A stretch of 61,107 nucleotides of DNA, counting the filler, from Sphacelaria rigidula (Eukaryota): assembly GCA_964200075.2 (NCBI GenBank). It is 9 parts of 9 records of this genome, joined end to end, with 100 filler letters (N's around TTAATTAATTAA, not from the genome) between each part and the next. Parts side by side here need not be neighbours in the genome. Positions count along the whole stretch, not along the records: positions 34,008 to 40,707 come from CAXNAA020018530.1; positions 40,808 to 47,507 come from CAXNAA020018531.1; 7 more parts are not named here. The stretch is one strand, 5' to 3'. Below, one piece after another: positions 35,614 through 47,607 of the stretch (its first letter is position 1; each line of letters opens with the position of its first letter). The notes beneath the pieces were generated by a model. The model was not told where the DNA came from, ran no database searches, and saw only the letters and a program-made list of their open reading frames with translations. A program made the translations under genes and the position numbers.

Positions 35614-36504
35614 TCAACCCGAAGTCGCCCAAAGTTCTTCCCAAGTGCATTCATCATTATTTGCGGTATATGCGCCGTCAACACCGTACCGCTCGTTCGT
35701 ATCCAGGTTCTGAATACCCACCTGCGCGCACCCGCGGTCATTACTGCTAATTCGGGACTTTTCGGGAAGCGATGTAGCCCCATTAAAGGAAGTTTTGAAA
35801 TGCACATCGGGGAACATGTATCTCCATTCAGACATCCATTGCTGCTGCTGTTGTTGTTGTAACTCATCAGTACACACTGAACTACTGTTTCCTCTGCAAT
35901 CTTGAGGCCTAATGTCATCCTCTTCTTGTCTACGACTTGTCGCGGGCGACATGCGAAACGCTAGAAGCACTGGCTCTATTTTATGTGACTTGCCGTTCAT
36001 GCGCTCAGAACGACTACCCGTTTGATCGGGAGCTTCGATTGATCCAGTCGCGTCTCCCCCAGTATCAGTAGAGCTTGCACTGGTCCTGCCATCACCGTCA
36101 GGGTTAACGTTAAGGTAGTTCCTAAAATCGAACGCTCTGATCTGCAGAGAATGGTGATTGCTTGCATTTTTCCGGTGAGCATAGTTGCCGTGACCACCCG
36201 ATATGTCTGCGTGTCTTGTTATGCTTTGTTCCTTCCTTGGAGGCTCGGGTTGAATCTCTTCAGCGCTGACGTGCTCACTTTTCGGTCTCGAAGTACGGGT
36301 GAAAGTAGTCTCTTCGCTGCAGAATGTATCGCCAACATGTCCTCGGGTGATGCCATCTTGATTCTTGCCCGCGCAGCGCTGCCAATGATCTTCTAGTCTA
36401 GCGCCTCGCAGACCAACTCGGTATGCAAACTGTAGCATGCGCTCTGTAGAAAGAGACGGCGGCCTGGGTGTGTAGGTGAACAGGAGCACACCCGTGTGAC
36501 AGTC
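35614..36504 (-). CDS. Probable last exon of the methyltransferase, with a long low-complexity C-terminal extension
   Basis: CGCAG acceptor, phase 0; DCHTGVLLFTYTPR matches the expected motif III strand; frame open to TGA at 35616-35614. Confidence 0.75.
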   Translation of the reverse strand, partial: DCHTGVLLFTYTPRPPSLSTERMLQFAYRVGLRGARLEDHWQRCAGKNQDGITRGHVGDTFCSEETTFTRTSRPKSEHVSAEEIQPEPPRKEQSITRHADISGGHGNYAHRKNASNHHSLQIRAFDFRNYLNVNPDGDGRTSASSTDTGGDATGSIEAPDQTGSRSERMNGKSHKIEPVLLAFRMSPATSRRQEEDDIRPQDCRGNSSSVCTDELQQQQQQQWMSEWRYMFPDVHFKTSFNGATSLPEKSRISSNDRGCAQVGIQNLDTNERYGVDGAYTANNDECTWEELWATSG

Positions 36505-36830
36505 CTGCGATCGGACGGTGAATACAGTCAAGTAAGGAGGGGTGTACATCTATAAAGTAATCGGAAGTTCCGAAGCGACTGATGAAGGATGCAGGAATTG
36601 TGGGGGAGAATGGCTCCAGTCAAAGCCTTGCGCGCAACGCATTACCTGTTACAAAACATGTTGCTGGCTTCATGTGGTCCATTTTCACATCGAGAGCAAA
36701 GCTCGTTGCGTCTTATACATGGCAATTGATGGTGTTGAAATCTTGTCTTTCGGGGAGATAAACGCGTTCGATGCTCAAGTGGGAAACTTGAAGCAAACAG
36801 CCATGTCAATTGCACAGCGAAATTCCTCAC

Positions 36831-36914
36831 CAGCAAACGCGCCACAAGACCGAAGAAAGCCTCTGCATCTGACCAAGGCTTTCCAGGGTACACTGTGTCC
36901 GATGCCAGAATTAA
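36831..36914 (-). CDS. Methyltransferase exon carrying the family-diagnostic DxxY motif
   Basis: TACAG acceptor, CTG|GTGAGG donor, 84 nt, phase 0/0; LILASDTVYPGKPWSDAEAFFGLVARLL. Confidence 0.9.
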
Positions 36915-37619
36915 CTGTACACCAAACCAGCGTACGCAAGGGAACATACATAGTTGCAGGATAGCGCGTGAAACGTAATAGTAGCAAGTTTCGACGAGAA
37001 CGTGTTCGACAAAGCAACCCCACATCCTTGCTGATGGCCGCATAGCTTGCAGGACACACTGCAAACAGACACATCCCATCATCAACTCGATAGTGCGAAC
37101 TCTCCAGCTCCATCACGTCACCCACTACATTCACGTGTGCGGTTTTGCACGCAAGAAGCTGCCGACCATGCGCCCGAAAACTTCATAAGTGCACACGGTT
37201 GTACTTGTGGTGGAAGCAATTGCAATTCCCGTACTGTAGGAAAGCGTTTCTCACCACGACAACTTATTCGATACGATTTTCTGCGTGCATGGCTCGTGAG
37301 AATCGGGGCGAAGGAGACCTGCGCTATTTCAGTGAGCTATTCAGCACTCTCCATTTTTGCAAATACCAAGTGTCTTGCTACCCATAATCTGCAAGTCTTG
37401 GGTTGCTCTTCGGTCAGTATGTATGAGCAAACGTCGGCGTGGTTTTTCGCGTAGGACTCGTGAAAGCCGTCAAGAGAACACGTGATGCGGTAGGTATCGT
37501 TGATTCGGAACGGTTGTTGCCGCTATCCACAAGTTTACTGTGCCGTTGACAGAGGACAACACATTTCAACCTCGAGTTACATGCTCAAACATAATGAACA
37601 TGGATAAAAAATAGAACTT

Positions 37620-37876
37620 GACCCTTTCTACGATAGCTCCCGCCAGAAAAGTGGCTGGTTTGGGGAGGAAAATCTACACGTAAATCTGAACGAAAAATGC
37701 CGAGCACAACGAGCAGCTCGTGATTCCCACGCTTGGGTTCGTTTTCGTCGATGTCGCCCGTAGAAGGCGCTTCATACAGCCTGAAACCAAACATCAAACA
37801 TCATACGCTGTGTGAACATTTTCTTCTTGCCAGTTTTGGGCTGGTTTTGGGGGGTCGTGCTATCGCCGAAAGACTC
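37620..37876 (-). mobile_element. Diverged copy of the 4970-5223 MITE in a methyltransferase intron; a third, truncated copy at 40657-40707
   Basis: GACCCTTTCTACGATAGC terminus; internal GCCGAGCACAACGAGCAGCT and CAGCCTGAA are reverse complements of motifs in 4970-5223. Confidence 0.8.
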
Positions 37877-38071
37877 AACTACAGCTTTCCAAAATGCATA
37901 AGTATGGAGGGAGTGTTGTGGGGATCACGACTACACCTCTTTTTCGGGATTCATTGGAATGAGAATTTACGTGACCGCACCACGGTTAGGAGCACTCCGG
38001 AATATTCCCCTGTGTCATCAGAGATTCTGCATTTTTTCTCTCCGCAATGATGTATTGTGTACGTCACTCAC

Positions 38072-38947
38072 CTCAAACGGCGCGTGATCTTCTACATCTG
38101 GAGGCAGTGCAAACTCTTGGAGCCCACCCCAGGCAAGCCTCACAACTCGTACCTTATCCTCAAGTCCATTGAGAGCAACATTTGCTTCCAGATTTTCGAT
38201 GACCTCATCGCTTCTGTCCGTGAGAAGCACAGAACAGCCGATAGCCGTGGCCGCCGTCAAACCACATACACCAGTACCCGCCCCGAGCTCGAGAACCGTA
38301 ATTCGCTCGTTTCTGCGTGTAAATCGCGCAAGCGTGGCATATTCTAGGCGCTTTCCGGGACCGATGTTGACCGTACGGGATCCTTCCAGGAAATGGGGGA
38401 GGGTTTCAGACATTTGCGTAGGTTCATTGCCTCCAGTGACCAGGCTGGTCGGACGTACACCCTGCACATTGGCGCCGTCTCCACAACCAAGATGGGGTTT
38501 CAGACAGGAATCATCGTGCATATGAACACCTTCGCCCCCTACGCGCGTGGAGTTGTAACCAGAGGAAAACGTCGTGCCCCTTCCTCCGCCAACCTTGTTT
38601 TTTTCTTCATCGTCCGTGCTGACATCAGGTCGACCGCAAGATGGAGATTCCTGAATATCTGCGCTACCGACATCGGTGAAGGTACTGTCGATGGTGCCAT
38701 GGCTAGCGGAACTGTTGCGGGTACTGGCGGGGGGAAAGTGAAATAGCAGATGTGACCACGAGTTATTTCTGCCCAGGGCGCTTGCAAGAAAGCGTGCCAG
38801 TAGGAGACTACATGGCCACACGATAAGTCCGGTTCTGTCGAAGCCGTTGTGTGCTTGCCTTGCCCGACCTAGAGCCGCCGCTTGTGACATAGTCATCGGC
38901 TGTTGATCCGATGTAGGCGATCCAGCTGTTGAGCTTGCATCATGTTC
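38072..38947 (-). CDS. Exon of a SAM-dependent protein methyltransferase, METTL21/MTF16 (PF10294-like) family; upstream exon(s) not resolved
   Basis: TGLIVWPCSLLLARFL, motif I VLELGAGTGVCGL, post-I VLLTD, LEANVALNG, LAWG; TTCAG acceptor and GAG|GTGAGT donor; 876 nt, phase 0/0. Confidence 0.92.
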
Positions 38948-40707
38948 CTGAACACAAGACAGGAAAATATTACACTGCGAACTCAGCAACTCCCTATTTC
39001 AGTTCTTCAAAGTGCGGCGGAGACAGCTAACACAAATGTGGGACACATCATTTCAAAAGATACCACCTCCGAATAATGCATACTGTTCGGGCCCATGTCG
39101 GTTCCACATCTTATCACACGGTGCGATACCAGCAGAGCAAGCGCCTATAATAATCATCATGCTTATCTCCAAGGATGACGAAATCATATCTTCATGCTGT
39201 GCAGTCTTAGTGTGTGCAGGGTTGGGGCTGTGCGTGTCCCACGATGCATAAAACAACCAGCAGTGCTGATTATCGGGGGACTTTCCTAATTTGGAAACAT
39301 GAATAAAAGTAGCCATGAAAAACAAGCCGTGCAATTTTTCAAATGAAAAAAGGAGAGAAAATGTGAACAAAAAGCGTACAAAAATGTTGAATATCACCCC
39401 GCTTTCCATCGTTCAGAACGGGTTGTTAACCCTGCTGAGACAGTGTCACAGCAACTCTCTAGTCAACGCTCCGCAGCATGGAGTTAGTTGTACTCAGGCC
39501 AGTAGATTCTGATAAATAAGGGAGCACCCGTTATGTCTAGACAGTGCTTCAGGCAGGTTCTAGCTGTGAAGAACAGGGTATAATTTTTACCTGGAAACAT
39601 GGGTTGCATCTGTACGAGGTACGTTTACGAGAACTGGTCGACAAATTCCAATGTTGAATTTACGTGGTCTTCAAAACCCTATCGCTACCCGCAACCTTAA
39701 CCTGACCCTAACCCAAGTCATATCACGAACCCTCAGGTAAGGGGAATGCATGCGGTGTCCTGTGAGCATGTGCGTCGGCAGAGTGTACATCAGTTTGAGC
39801 AAAAACGTGTCCTGCGTACACCAGGTGGTCACGTGGGACTGTCACCTCCCAAAAGGTTCGAATGTGATCTAAAAATCGAGATCTTGTTTAAAACACAAGT
39901 TTGTCGACCAGTTCGCGTACACTCCACTGATTTTTCCCGTGGCGATGTTTTGGAAAGTGCTTGATTGGTTGATTGATTGGTTGGTTGTCGTACCTTGCAC
40001 CTTGCACATTGCACATTAACTTATTCCCGAGGGATCCAGTGGTAGTCACGAAACAATACAGCCACCAAACGCCTCTTGAACAGCCATGCCTCAGATCCAG
40101 GGGGTCTGAGTTTGGAGTATATCTCAGGTTGACATCACCTGAACTTCTCGGAATGTTTTGTTGTTGTTTTCACAATAAAAGTAGTCCAGATATCTGCGCA
40201 GTACTTGTTACTTCCCCACTGGGGATCTGATGCGGACGCCTTCCGTGGTCACAGTCTAACAACCCACAATAACGTATAGGAACGTCAAATAAAAAGAAAA
40301 CAGGACCGAGAAAAGTTAACACAGACGCGATAAAATAAAAAGGAACGATAATAAGCTCATTAGATCCACTGCCGCAGGCGACCATTCGGACTACTGGAGA
40401 CAGAGCCCAACGCTCTCACTCGACAAGCGAAGCCAAGCAGCTAAAACCAACACCAAGGACCAAGGATCACTAAGCATAGCACTGAACTTCGCATGGTCCA
40501 ATCCCTGTACCTCTTCTAGGCCGGGAGGTACTACACCCTGGGGTCACGCGGATTATTCACTTTCCCCACTCATATCTACACATGTATGGGAGGTCTCAAA
40601 AACCAAGGTACACAGGCGATTTGTATACTCAATCCCGAGAGAAGAGCACTGCATCTGACACTTTCTACGATACCCCCCCCCCCCCCCCCCCAAAAATGCC
40701 GGGTTTT

Positions 40708-40807
40708 NNNNNNNNNNNNNNNNNNNNNNNNNNNNNNNNNNNNNNNNNNNNTTAATTAATTAANNNNNNNNNNNNNNNNNNNNNNNNNNNNNNNNNNNNN
40801 NNNNNNN
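40708..40807. other. Artificial contig linker
   Basis: N44-TTAATTAATTAA-N44. Confidence 0.99.
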
Positions 40808-40864
40808 GCCGGTAAGTGGCCTGCAAAACACTGCTCCGAATTTCTTCTGACCCCGTCACTAAAC

Positions 40865-40987
40865 GGCCCATTATACGGCCAATACTTGGAGTTGGACCCT
40901 GAAATTTGGTATGAACAAAGAATGGGGCATAATAGAAAAAAATACCAGTGTACACAAGTTTTTCTTTTTTTACATGAGTTAAGGGCA
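40865..40987 (+). repeat. Dispersed repeat end, also at ~45610-45735
   Basis: GCCAATA.TT.GAGTTGGAC...AATACCAGTG.ACACAAG.TTTT...CATGAGTT.AGGGCA shared by both. Confidence 0.7.
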
Positions 40988-41023
40988 ATAATCAGTTTTC
41001 CGATATCGGTAAAGTGCCCCTAA

Positions 41024-41944
41024 GGCGGGGTCTTATCAGAAGTGATTATCACTTTTCAAGAAATCACTTTTGTGAAAAACGACCGATGATTGGTTGCTGC
41101 GATACACCCCCCCCCCCCCCCCAACCCCCACAAAAAACCCATACACAAAAAGNNNNNNNNNNAAAAACCCTTTTTGGAAAAACCACCAAATATTTGTTGC
41201 CGCGCATCCCCCCCCCCCCCCCGAAAAGCGCCAAAAAATCACTTTCGCAAAAGTGATTTCAGGAAGTAAAAAAACACTTCCTGAAATTACTTTTGTAAAA
41301 GTGGTTTAGTGACACCTCGGACGGGAACATAAAACATCCCAATGACAGACAGGGGCATAACCGAAGTCTTGACAGACAAGTCAAGACAATCATACGTGCA
41401 CCTGAGGATCGCACTGCCCTCCCGAACCAAAACACATCACTCCATTCATTGCTGCTCATCAGCTGAGCACGCTGTGCGTGACCTTGCTCGAATCGGTTCA
41501 GACTTCAGTGAGAAATGAGGATTTGCATGAGAGGCGCGCTCAGCACACGCTCAAAAACAGTCAGCAAAAGCACGTTTTCGATTGCTATTGGACACGCACG
41601 CGGCCGCCTTGCATTAATACTGGACGGATTTCCGTCAAACAAAGGCTGTCGTGTGTAGATGATCAAGAGGTAGCGCTTGAGCTAATGCGCGTGAGTGGTG
41701 AATGTCTATCCTTCGGTTTTGGTGGCTAGGTGTGTCGGCGCTGTGCTACCTCTTTTGCGTCTCGTCCGCAGCAGTACAGAGATATTGGACTAACGGCCAC
41801 TTCCAGGACCGCCGCATTTCTTACCTGTGCGCAGATCTGGGCTTCGATCTGAATAAAACTGCGTGTCAATAAGACGTGGGGGCAATCACTTCTCCAAAAG
41901 TGATTTTTTTAAAAGTGATAAATCACTTCTGATCAGACCCCGCC
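41024..41944. mobile_element. PIF/Harbinger-like non-autonomous element with AAGTGATT/AATCACTT subterminal repeats
   Basis: GGCGGGGTCTTATCAGAAGTGATT / AATCACTTCTGATCAGACCCCGCC TIRs; 3-bp flanks TAA and TCA. Confidence 0.7.
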
Positions 41945-42201
41945 TCATCACATTGGAGATCTGAAGATATTTGTATTCGCCTCACTTTCCAAGAGAGAAA
42001 AAAAAAAACATATGTACTCGATAATGAGTGACTTGCGGGCTGACCGGTCATCGGGGGTCCTGCGACATTGCAGCTCAGATTCTTACCCTTCGGTATTTTC
42101 GGTCGATCGAGCCTGTCTCTATCATGATTGTGCAGAAATGGAGAATTTTATTTTTGAAATTCCACATTCACACACACACGCACATACACACACCACCACA
42201 C

Positions 42202-42369
42202 CTTGAAAGCTAGCCTGGTCGTGGGAGATTCCACCAGCTCCGCGCGCTTAACCTGCGTCTCGTCCATTTGTGCAGCTGGAACGGGTACCATCGCCCCGCC
42301 TGCACTACTGCCGCCACCTCCGCCGCCACCGGCATTACTGCTACTATTCGCGTGGTGCAGTACAGGAAG
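42202..42369 (-). CDS. Internal exon of an unknown protein (alternative donor would end the exon at 42253)
   Basis: CCCAG acceptor, phase 0; LPVLHHANSSSNAGGGGGGGSSAGGAMVPVPAAQMDETQVKRAELVESPTTRLAFK; AAG|GTGTGG donor followed by (GT)n. Confidence 0.6.
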
Positions 42370-43020
42370 CTGGGCGGGCACGTGATGCAAGTGGCCGACT
42401 ACTCCTCCATGCTACGGCAGATCACCCCGAGAAAAATTCAATGAGAGGGGAGACGGGGGACGGGGGACAGGGGAGAAAAATAAGTAGGATGAAAACGTAG
42501 GCCTTGTTGGATTTGGAGTAAAACCAAACAGAAGTCGGGCGATAAAAACATGCGGTGATGGTTGATCGGGGTACACGAACACGCCTCAGTATCTCAGGAA
42601 TTTCCCTCTGGAGTACCCGGTACAGTGCGCGTCCCGGTATAGTGCGGTTCTCTACAGTGCATGGTTCTATCCCTACACAGTATCAGTGTACCGAGGCACC
42701 TGTACAGTACTTTACGCTGCCGCGCCCCAGTGGTCTAATGTTACAACTGCCACCATTAGGTCGTGTCTTAGCGCATTTTTTTTTTTATCGAAAATGCGCG
42801 ATGCGTGCGTGTGTGTGTGTGTGTGTGTGTGTTGCCGTCCCATCTCTTCTGGACGTCGGTCTACACATTTCGGTACATGTGGGCGCACCGGCCGGGGTCA
42901 CACAGGAGGAAGGCCAACACAGGAGGAAGGCCAGCACAGGAGCTTTTTTTCTTCTGTTTTTGTTCCACCTCTCCACCTTCCTTCTGCGGTGCTTGCCGTT
43001 ATTTTTGTTTTTCATCGCGA

Positions 43021-43048
43021 CTAATGTGCGGAAATAATAATAATAATA
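43021..43048 (+). mobile_element. 28-bp 5'-truncated non-LTR retroposon end with (AAT)n tail, inserted in a SINE
   Basis: 7-bp TSD ATCGCGA at 43014-43020 and 43049-43055; CTAATGTGCGGAAATAATAAT matches the element end at ~43950-43920 (-). Confidence 0.8.
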
Positions 43049-43124
43049 ATCGCGAGAGGGGTTCAGCAATCCCCTTCCCTCGTCGACCATCAAGTCGAAT
43101 TTGGTGGAAAAGTAAAACTCTGAT

Positions 43125-43250
43125 CTGATAGGTCGTGATTTCAGTTATCGTAATTAATATGGACGATGATGGTTGAAATCACGCTCTATCATATCAGATC
43201 AAATCGAAATTTCAATTTTGTCTTCCATCCCACGTTTTGAATCGAAAAAT
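43125..43250 (+). repeat. Short hairpin-forming dispersed repeat, second copy at ~46936-47050
   Basis: TCTGATAGGTCGTGATTTCA...GATGGTTGAAAT(C/T)ACG...ATCAGATC in both. Confidence 0.7.
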
Positions 43251-43693
43251 TATGTGCTAAGACACGGCCTTGGATAGGGAAAAAAAAACGCGGGTAAAAT
43301 TCCTCGCCATATGCATCTACTGTACTATATTTTGGTTATATTCCAGACCTTGGACACCCCATTACAGGGTAAAATATTGTACCGCGTACAGTATCGAACA
43401 TATTTGTCTATTGCCAAAGATAATAGGTTTCGATTGGATACTGTACGCAGTACACTTTTTGACAAACGTCATATTTCGTCGCGGTTCAGGGTGTGAGTTA
43501 CTTAATTATTTCAGGAGAAATAAGAACGAAAAATGATTTTTCCGTCGTCGAAAAAAAAAAGACATAAGGACGTGGATGAGGAACAACATTAAAAACAAAA
43601 ATGTCTGCTTGGCTGAGTATTGTTACACTTACAGCCAACACGGTGCGTAAAAGTGCTGATGATGCCAACATGTAAGAAGGCGTACAAGGGTAT

Positions 43694-43935
43694 TGTGACT
43701 GTGACTATGACTATGATGATGATGACGGTGCGTCGGCTAGGGTATTGTCATTATTTTTTACCATAATTATGATTATGATTATGATCATGATCATGATCAT
43801 GATTATGACTATGATTATGACCGTGACTATGACTATGACTATGACTATGACTATGATTATGATTATGATTATGACTGTGACTGTGACTATGACTATGATT
43901 ATCATGATTATTATATGATTATTATTATCATTACT
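43694..43935. repeat. Compound microsatellite (ATGACT/ATGATT/ATGATC/GTGACT)n
   Basis: Visible 6- and 3-bp periodic tract abutting a minus-strand retroposon 3' end. Confidence 0.9.
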
Positions 43936-43986
43936 ATTTCCGCACAGTAGTCCGATCTCTCGAACCCACGGTCACAGACGAAGACG

Positions 43987-45113
43987 CCAAGGGCAGGTCG
44001 AGTAGAGTATACTCAATTGCGGGGTATTTTGAAAGACGTCCTTGAGGTACGGTACTCAAATTAGGGTAGAGTGTTAGACGTCGTACCCAAAAAATAACTG
44101 GAAAGCAAATATACCAAAAACCCTACCCCCAATTTGTGTACAGTAGTCGGCGTCAGAAGTATGCAGAATCCGTCATTTCTTAGTTTCTCAAAGATTTCCC
44201 AGATTTGTTTGGCTTGCCACCACTCATCACAGTGACTGTTGGATGTAAAAAAAAGGGCATCTGGAGATATATCATACCTCTTGACAAATATTGGAAGAAA
44301 AATTATCTGCGATCAATAATGACTGACTTACGGGCTTGACCGATCTTTGGGGGTCCTGCGAAAATACGACTCCAGACTCTAGCTTTTCGGTATTTTCGGT
44401 GGACCGACTCGATCCGGATCATATAACTGAAGACTCAAAAATAATTGTTTTTTTTTAATTCCACCTAGTCACTGCGCTACAGCAGGAAAACTATGTTTTT
44501 CCGACCATTTACGGTCAATAACACCCTCCTGATGAACGAGGTCTTTACCCGGTATCGTGCCCACGAGACCAACTTGGGCGATTGTGATTTGAGCACGGTT
44601 TGCTTATTTTTCCAAAACTATCGACGCTAGCACTTCCGAGAGCTCATGGAAAATGTGAAGCGAAAAACAACGAAAACAGGCCATCCGCAGAAAATGCTAG
44701 ACTGAGGTCTGTGCAGTATAGGAGAGAAACACGATCTCGACCGTTGATGTGAAGAATTCTATACGCTTTCATTTATCTGAATGTTTACCGTTTCGTCGAT
44801 GATGAGCGGGAAAACTGTTTATATTGGACCAAAAACGGTCAATGACACCCTCCTGATAAACGGGGTATCAAGTCCGTAACGCCCCAAAAACACCAACTTG
44901 AGCACTGCAGTCTAAGCGCGGCCTACGCTTTTCCCTAAATCTACCGGCGCTAGCACTTTCAAGCAGTAGTCAAGAATAGTACTCCAGAAAAACTCAAAAA
45001 ATAGAACAACTACGATTTCTGAAAACTTCTGATGCTGACTACTATACTTCAAGTACGGCTTTCAAAATACTCCACAATTGATTGAGTATACTCTATACTT
45101 GACCTGCCCTTGG
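43987..45113. mobile_element. 1.13-kb non-autonomous TIR element; internal sequence related to ~41950-42167 (+) and ~54920-55345 (-)
   Basis: CCAAGGGCAGGTCGAGTAGAGTATACTCAAT / ATTGAGTATACTCTATACTTGACCTGCCCTTGG TIRs; shared core GACTT(A/G)CGGGCT..GACCG...GGGGTCC...TTCGGTATTTTCGGT. Confidence 0.75.
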
Positions 45114-45287
45114 AAGGCTCGCCTTTCCAATACCAATTCCGCCCCTGCTATCCGGGGTATGACCGAATATCCGGGGTATTCTCTCTCCCGAATTTCGTGT
45201 TGCGATGGTACGATCTCCAGACTCGGCCTCAATAATGGGGGACGTTGGCCACGATCGCATTACTCTATATCCGATATCTGGGTATTT

Positions 45288-45497
45288 TAGAGATTTTCGG
45301 AAAATGTTTTTTTTTTTTAATTATTCTCGAGAGCAAATATCTCAGTATCAGAATGTAGCGAAAAAATATTTTCCTCTACGTCAAATGTGATATTTTCCTA
45401 ATTGTTCTTCGATGAGGTTTTCTATTTCATTCTGCACGTTGATTCTGAGATATTTGCTCTCAAAAATAACGAAAAAAGGGTTTTCCGAAACCCTCTA
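45288..45497. mobile_element. ~210-bp MITE with TAGAG termini; second copy inverted at 57091-57298
   Basis: TAGAGATTTTCGGAAAA / TTTTCCGAAACCCTCTA; inner IR GAGCAAATATCTCAG / CTGAGATATTTGCTC; asymmetric core CGTCAAATGTG vs CACATTTGACG. Confidence 0.8.
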
Positions 45498-45755
45498 TTG
45501 TCGAGTACGATATCATTTTCAGGTGCTCACAGTACAACTTCCCACACGTCGGACAACCCATGAGCTATAATACCTAAAATACCTACTGAGAAGCGAATTT
45601 GTACTCTATAGGCCAATTAACCTGCCAATATTTAGAGTTGGACACGAAATTAATTTGGTATGGATAATAAATAAGGCACAATAAAAACAAATACCAGTGC
45701 ACACAAGCTTTTTTTCTTTTCATGAGTTGAGGGCACTGTACTGATACCTGAAAAC

Positions 45756-46282
45756 CAGGGCTCTTTGCGTTACACGTTACACGTTACGTCACGTCACATT
45801 TTTTCACGGGTGTTACGTTACGTCACACTTGTGGCGTATTTTAAAGTTATAAGCTACGTCATGTCACAGTAGTAACGTATTTCGAAACGTTTATTGTGAC
45901 GTGTAACGAATAATATACGTTGCGTTTGTGACGTGTAATGGAAGCGTTTATTGTGACGTGTAACGAATAACATACGTCACGTTTGTGACGTGTAATGTAT
46001 AACTTTTGCGTGTACTGGTTCATACTGGCGGTACTGGGTATTTCTCCGTCTCATACGCATACTGGGTATTTCGATACTGTGTAATTCACAGCCCCTATTT
46101 GTATATACTCGTATATATCATGTAAACCAAGTTACGCCAACAACGTTTTGCAGGGGGTCTCTTGACGTTACAATACCATTAGCCTTCGCAAGTTCGTGTC
46201 TAATAGTCACGTCACGTCACAAAGTGTGACGTGACATTTGTGACGTGTAACGTACGAGTGACGTGTACCATAATGAGCCCTC
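45756..46282. mobile_element. MITE with dense GTCAC/GTTAC/GTGACGTGTAA subterminal motifs
   Basis: CAGGGCTC / GAGCCCTC termini; repeated ACGTCAC and TTGTGACGTGTAA. Confidence 0.65.
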
Positions 46283-46544
46283 AGAATAAGAAGCAGGAAA
46301 GGGAAGGAAACGTCCCAAAAGCAGTATGTTCATTGATCGCCGGGCGGGTCTACGGTGTCGGCGACTAATCAACATGCTGCCTTTAGATATTTGTTCCTTT
46401 TTCCCGCTCCTTCTCCTTGTTTTTTTGCCTCTTTTTTTTTCAGGTCGGCCATCTCCTCCTATAATTTGCTTGCGTTTATTTTTTTTTCACGTCCTAGAAC
46501 TCTGTGACCACGGGTTCGAGAGATCGAGCTAGTGTGATGAATAA

Positions 46545-46609
<65 letters not shown>

Positions 46610-46621
46610 TAATAATATAAT
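46545..46621 (+). repeat. (AAT)n microsatellite forming the tail of a retroposon 3' end
   Basis: Pure AAT run after CTGTGACCACGGGTTCGAGAGATCGAGCTAGTGTG, homologous to ~43978-43940 (-). Confidence 0.9.
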
Positions 46622-47138
46622 ATTAAGTCTACTATATCGTTAGGTTCGATTTTTTTCTGCTCCTTCGTTTTTTTGAACGGATGTTTCAATTTTGCTTTCC
46701 TTTGGTACGCCCATCATGCGACCACGGATGGATCCATGGGTGATCAGTTAAAGTGCGACAATGAATCAATCAATCAATTCCTCTGCCCTCAATAAAAGAC
46801 GCGGCTTTTACGCCGACAACGTTTTGCGGGGCGTTTCCTGACTCTTCAACATATACTATTTAGCCTAAGGACGTGCTCATCACAATAGTTGTCGATCGAA
46901 ATTGTGCAGGGAACAAAAACAAAAACAAAAAAACATCTGATAGGTCGTGATTTCAACCATCGTCGTTAATTTTGAAGATGGTTGAAATTACGACCTCCAG
47001 AATCAGATCTGGATTTTTGTTTTCCCATCGCACTTTTTCTATCGAAAAATGAAGTATGTGATAAGACCCACCCCAACGTCTTCTCACGCTAACACTGACA
47101 TAATCCGTGCGCTTTTCCCCCGCAAAACTTTTGAATAC

Positions 47139-47419
47139 CTGGCCACCGTGGTGCTGTCGCCCATACGACCCCTGCATACCCGGGCCAGCCCCAGCCCCCC
47201 CATGCTGCGACATCCACCGGGGCTGCCCTCCATCTCCATGCCCTATCCCCCCGTCCAACCCCGCCGGGCCCACGCCATAAGGGTGATATCGCGGCATGGC
47301 GCTTCCTGGGAATGGAGCATCCTGACCACCGTACAGCATTTTCGAGGGGGTTCGGTGGGGGCTTCCACCCCGAACACCTCCGCCGCCGGCCGACGTCTCC
47401 CCCGGGGATGGCCCTGTTC
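47139..47419 (-). CDS. Upstream Gly/Pro/His-rich exon, probably the same gene as 42202-42369
   Basis: CACAG acceptor, CAG|GTATTC donor in phase 0 matching the next exon; GC-rich open frame ...MPRYHPYGVGPAGLDGG...QHHGGQ. Confidence 0.65.
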
Positions 47420-47507
47420 CTGTGCCATCAACGAGGAAGGGGGGGGTGTACTCATGATCATGCATGCCATAGTCATAAGATCATTGACCTCGCATCCCTA
47501 CAAAGCC

Positions 47508-47607
47508 NNNNNNNNNNNNNNNNNNNNNNNNNNNNNNNNNNNNNNNNNNNNTTAATTAATTAANNNNNNNNNNNNNNNNNNNNNNNNNNNNNNNNNNNNN
47601 NNNNNNN
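47508..47607. other. Artificial contig linker
   Basis: N44-TTAATTAATTAA-N44. Confidence 0.99.

Noticed and set aside
43711..46689. Poly-Ile/Val ORF (43711-43905) and poly-Tyr ORF (46459-46689)
   Set aside because: Translations of microsatellites
47439..47507. HDV-like ribozyme in the G-run SINE head (GGGGTGT could pair with GCATCCC, next to CCTCGC)
   Set aside because: Only 4 nt lie between the would-be P2 and P1' strands, so P3/L3 cannot form
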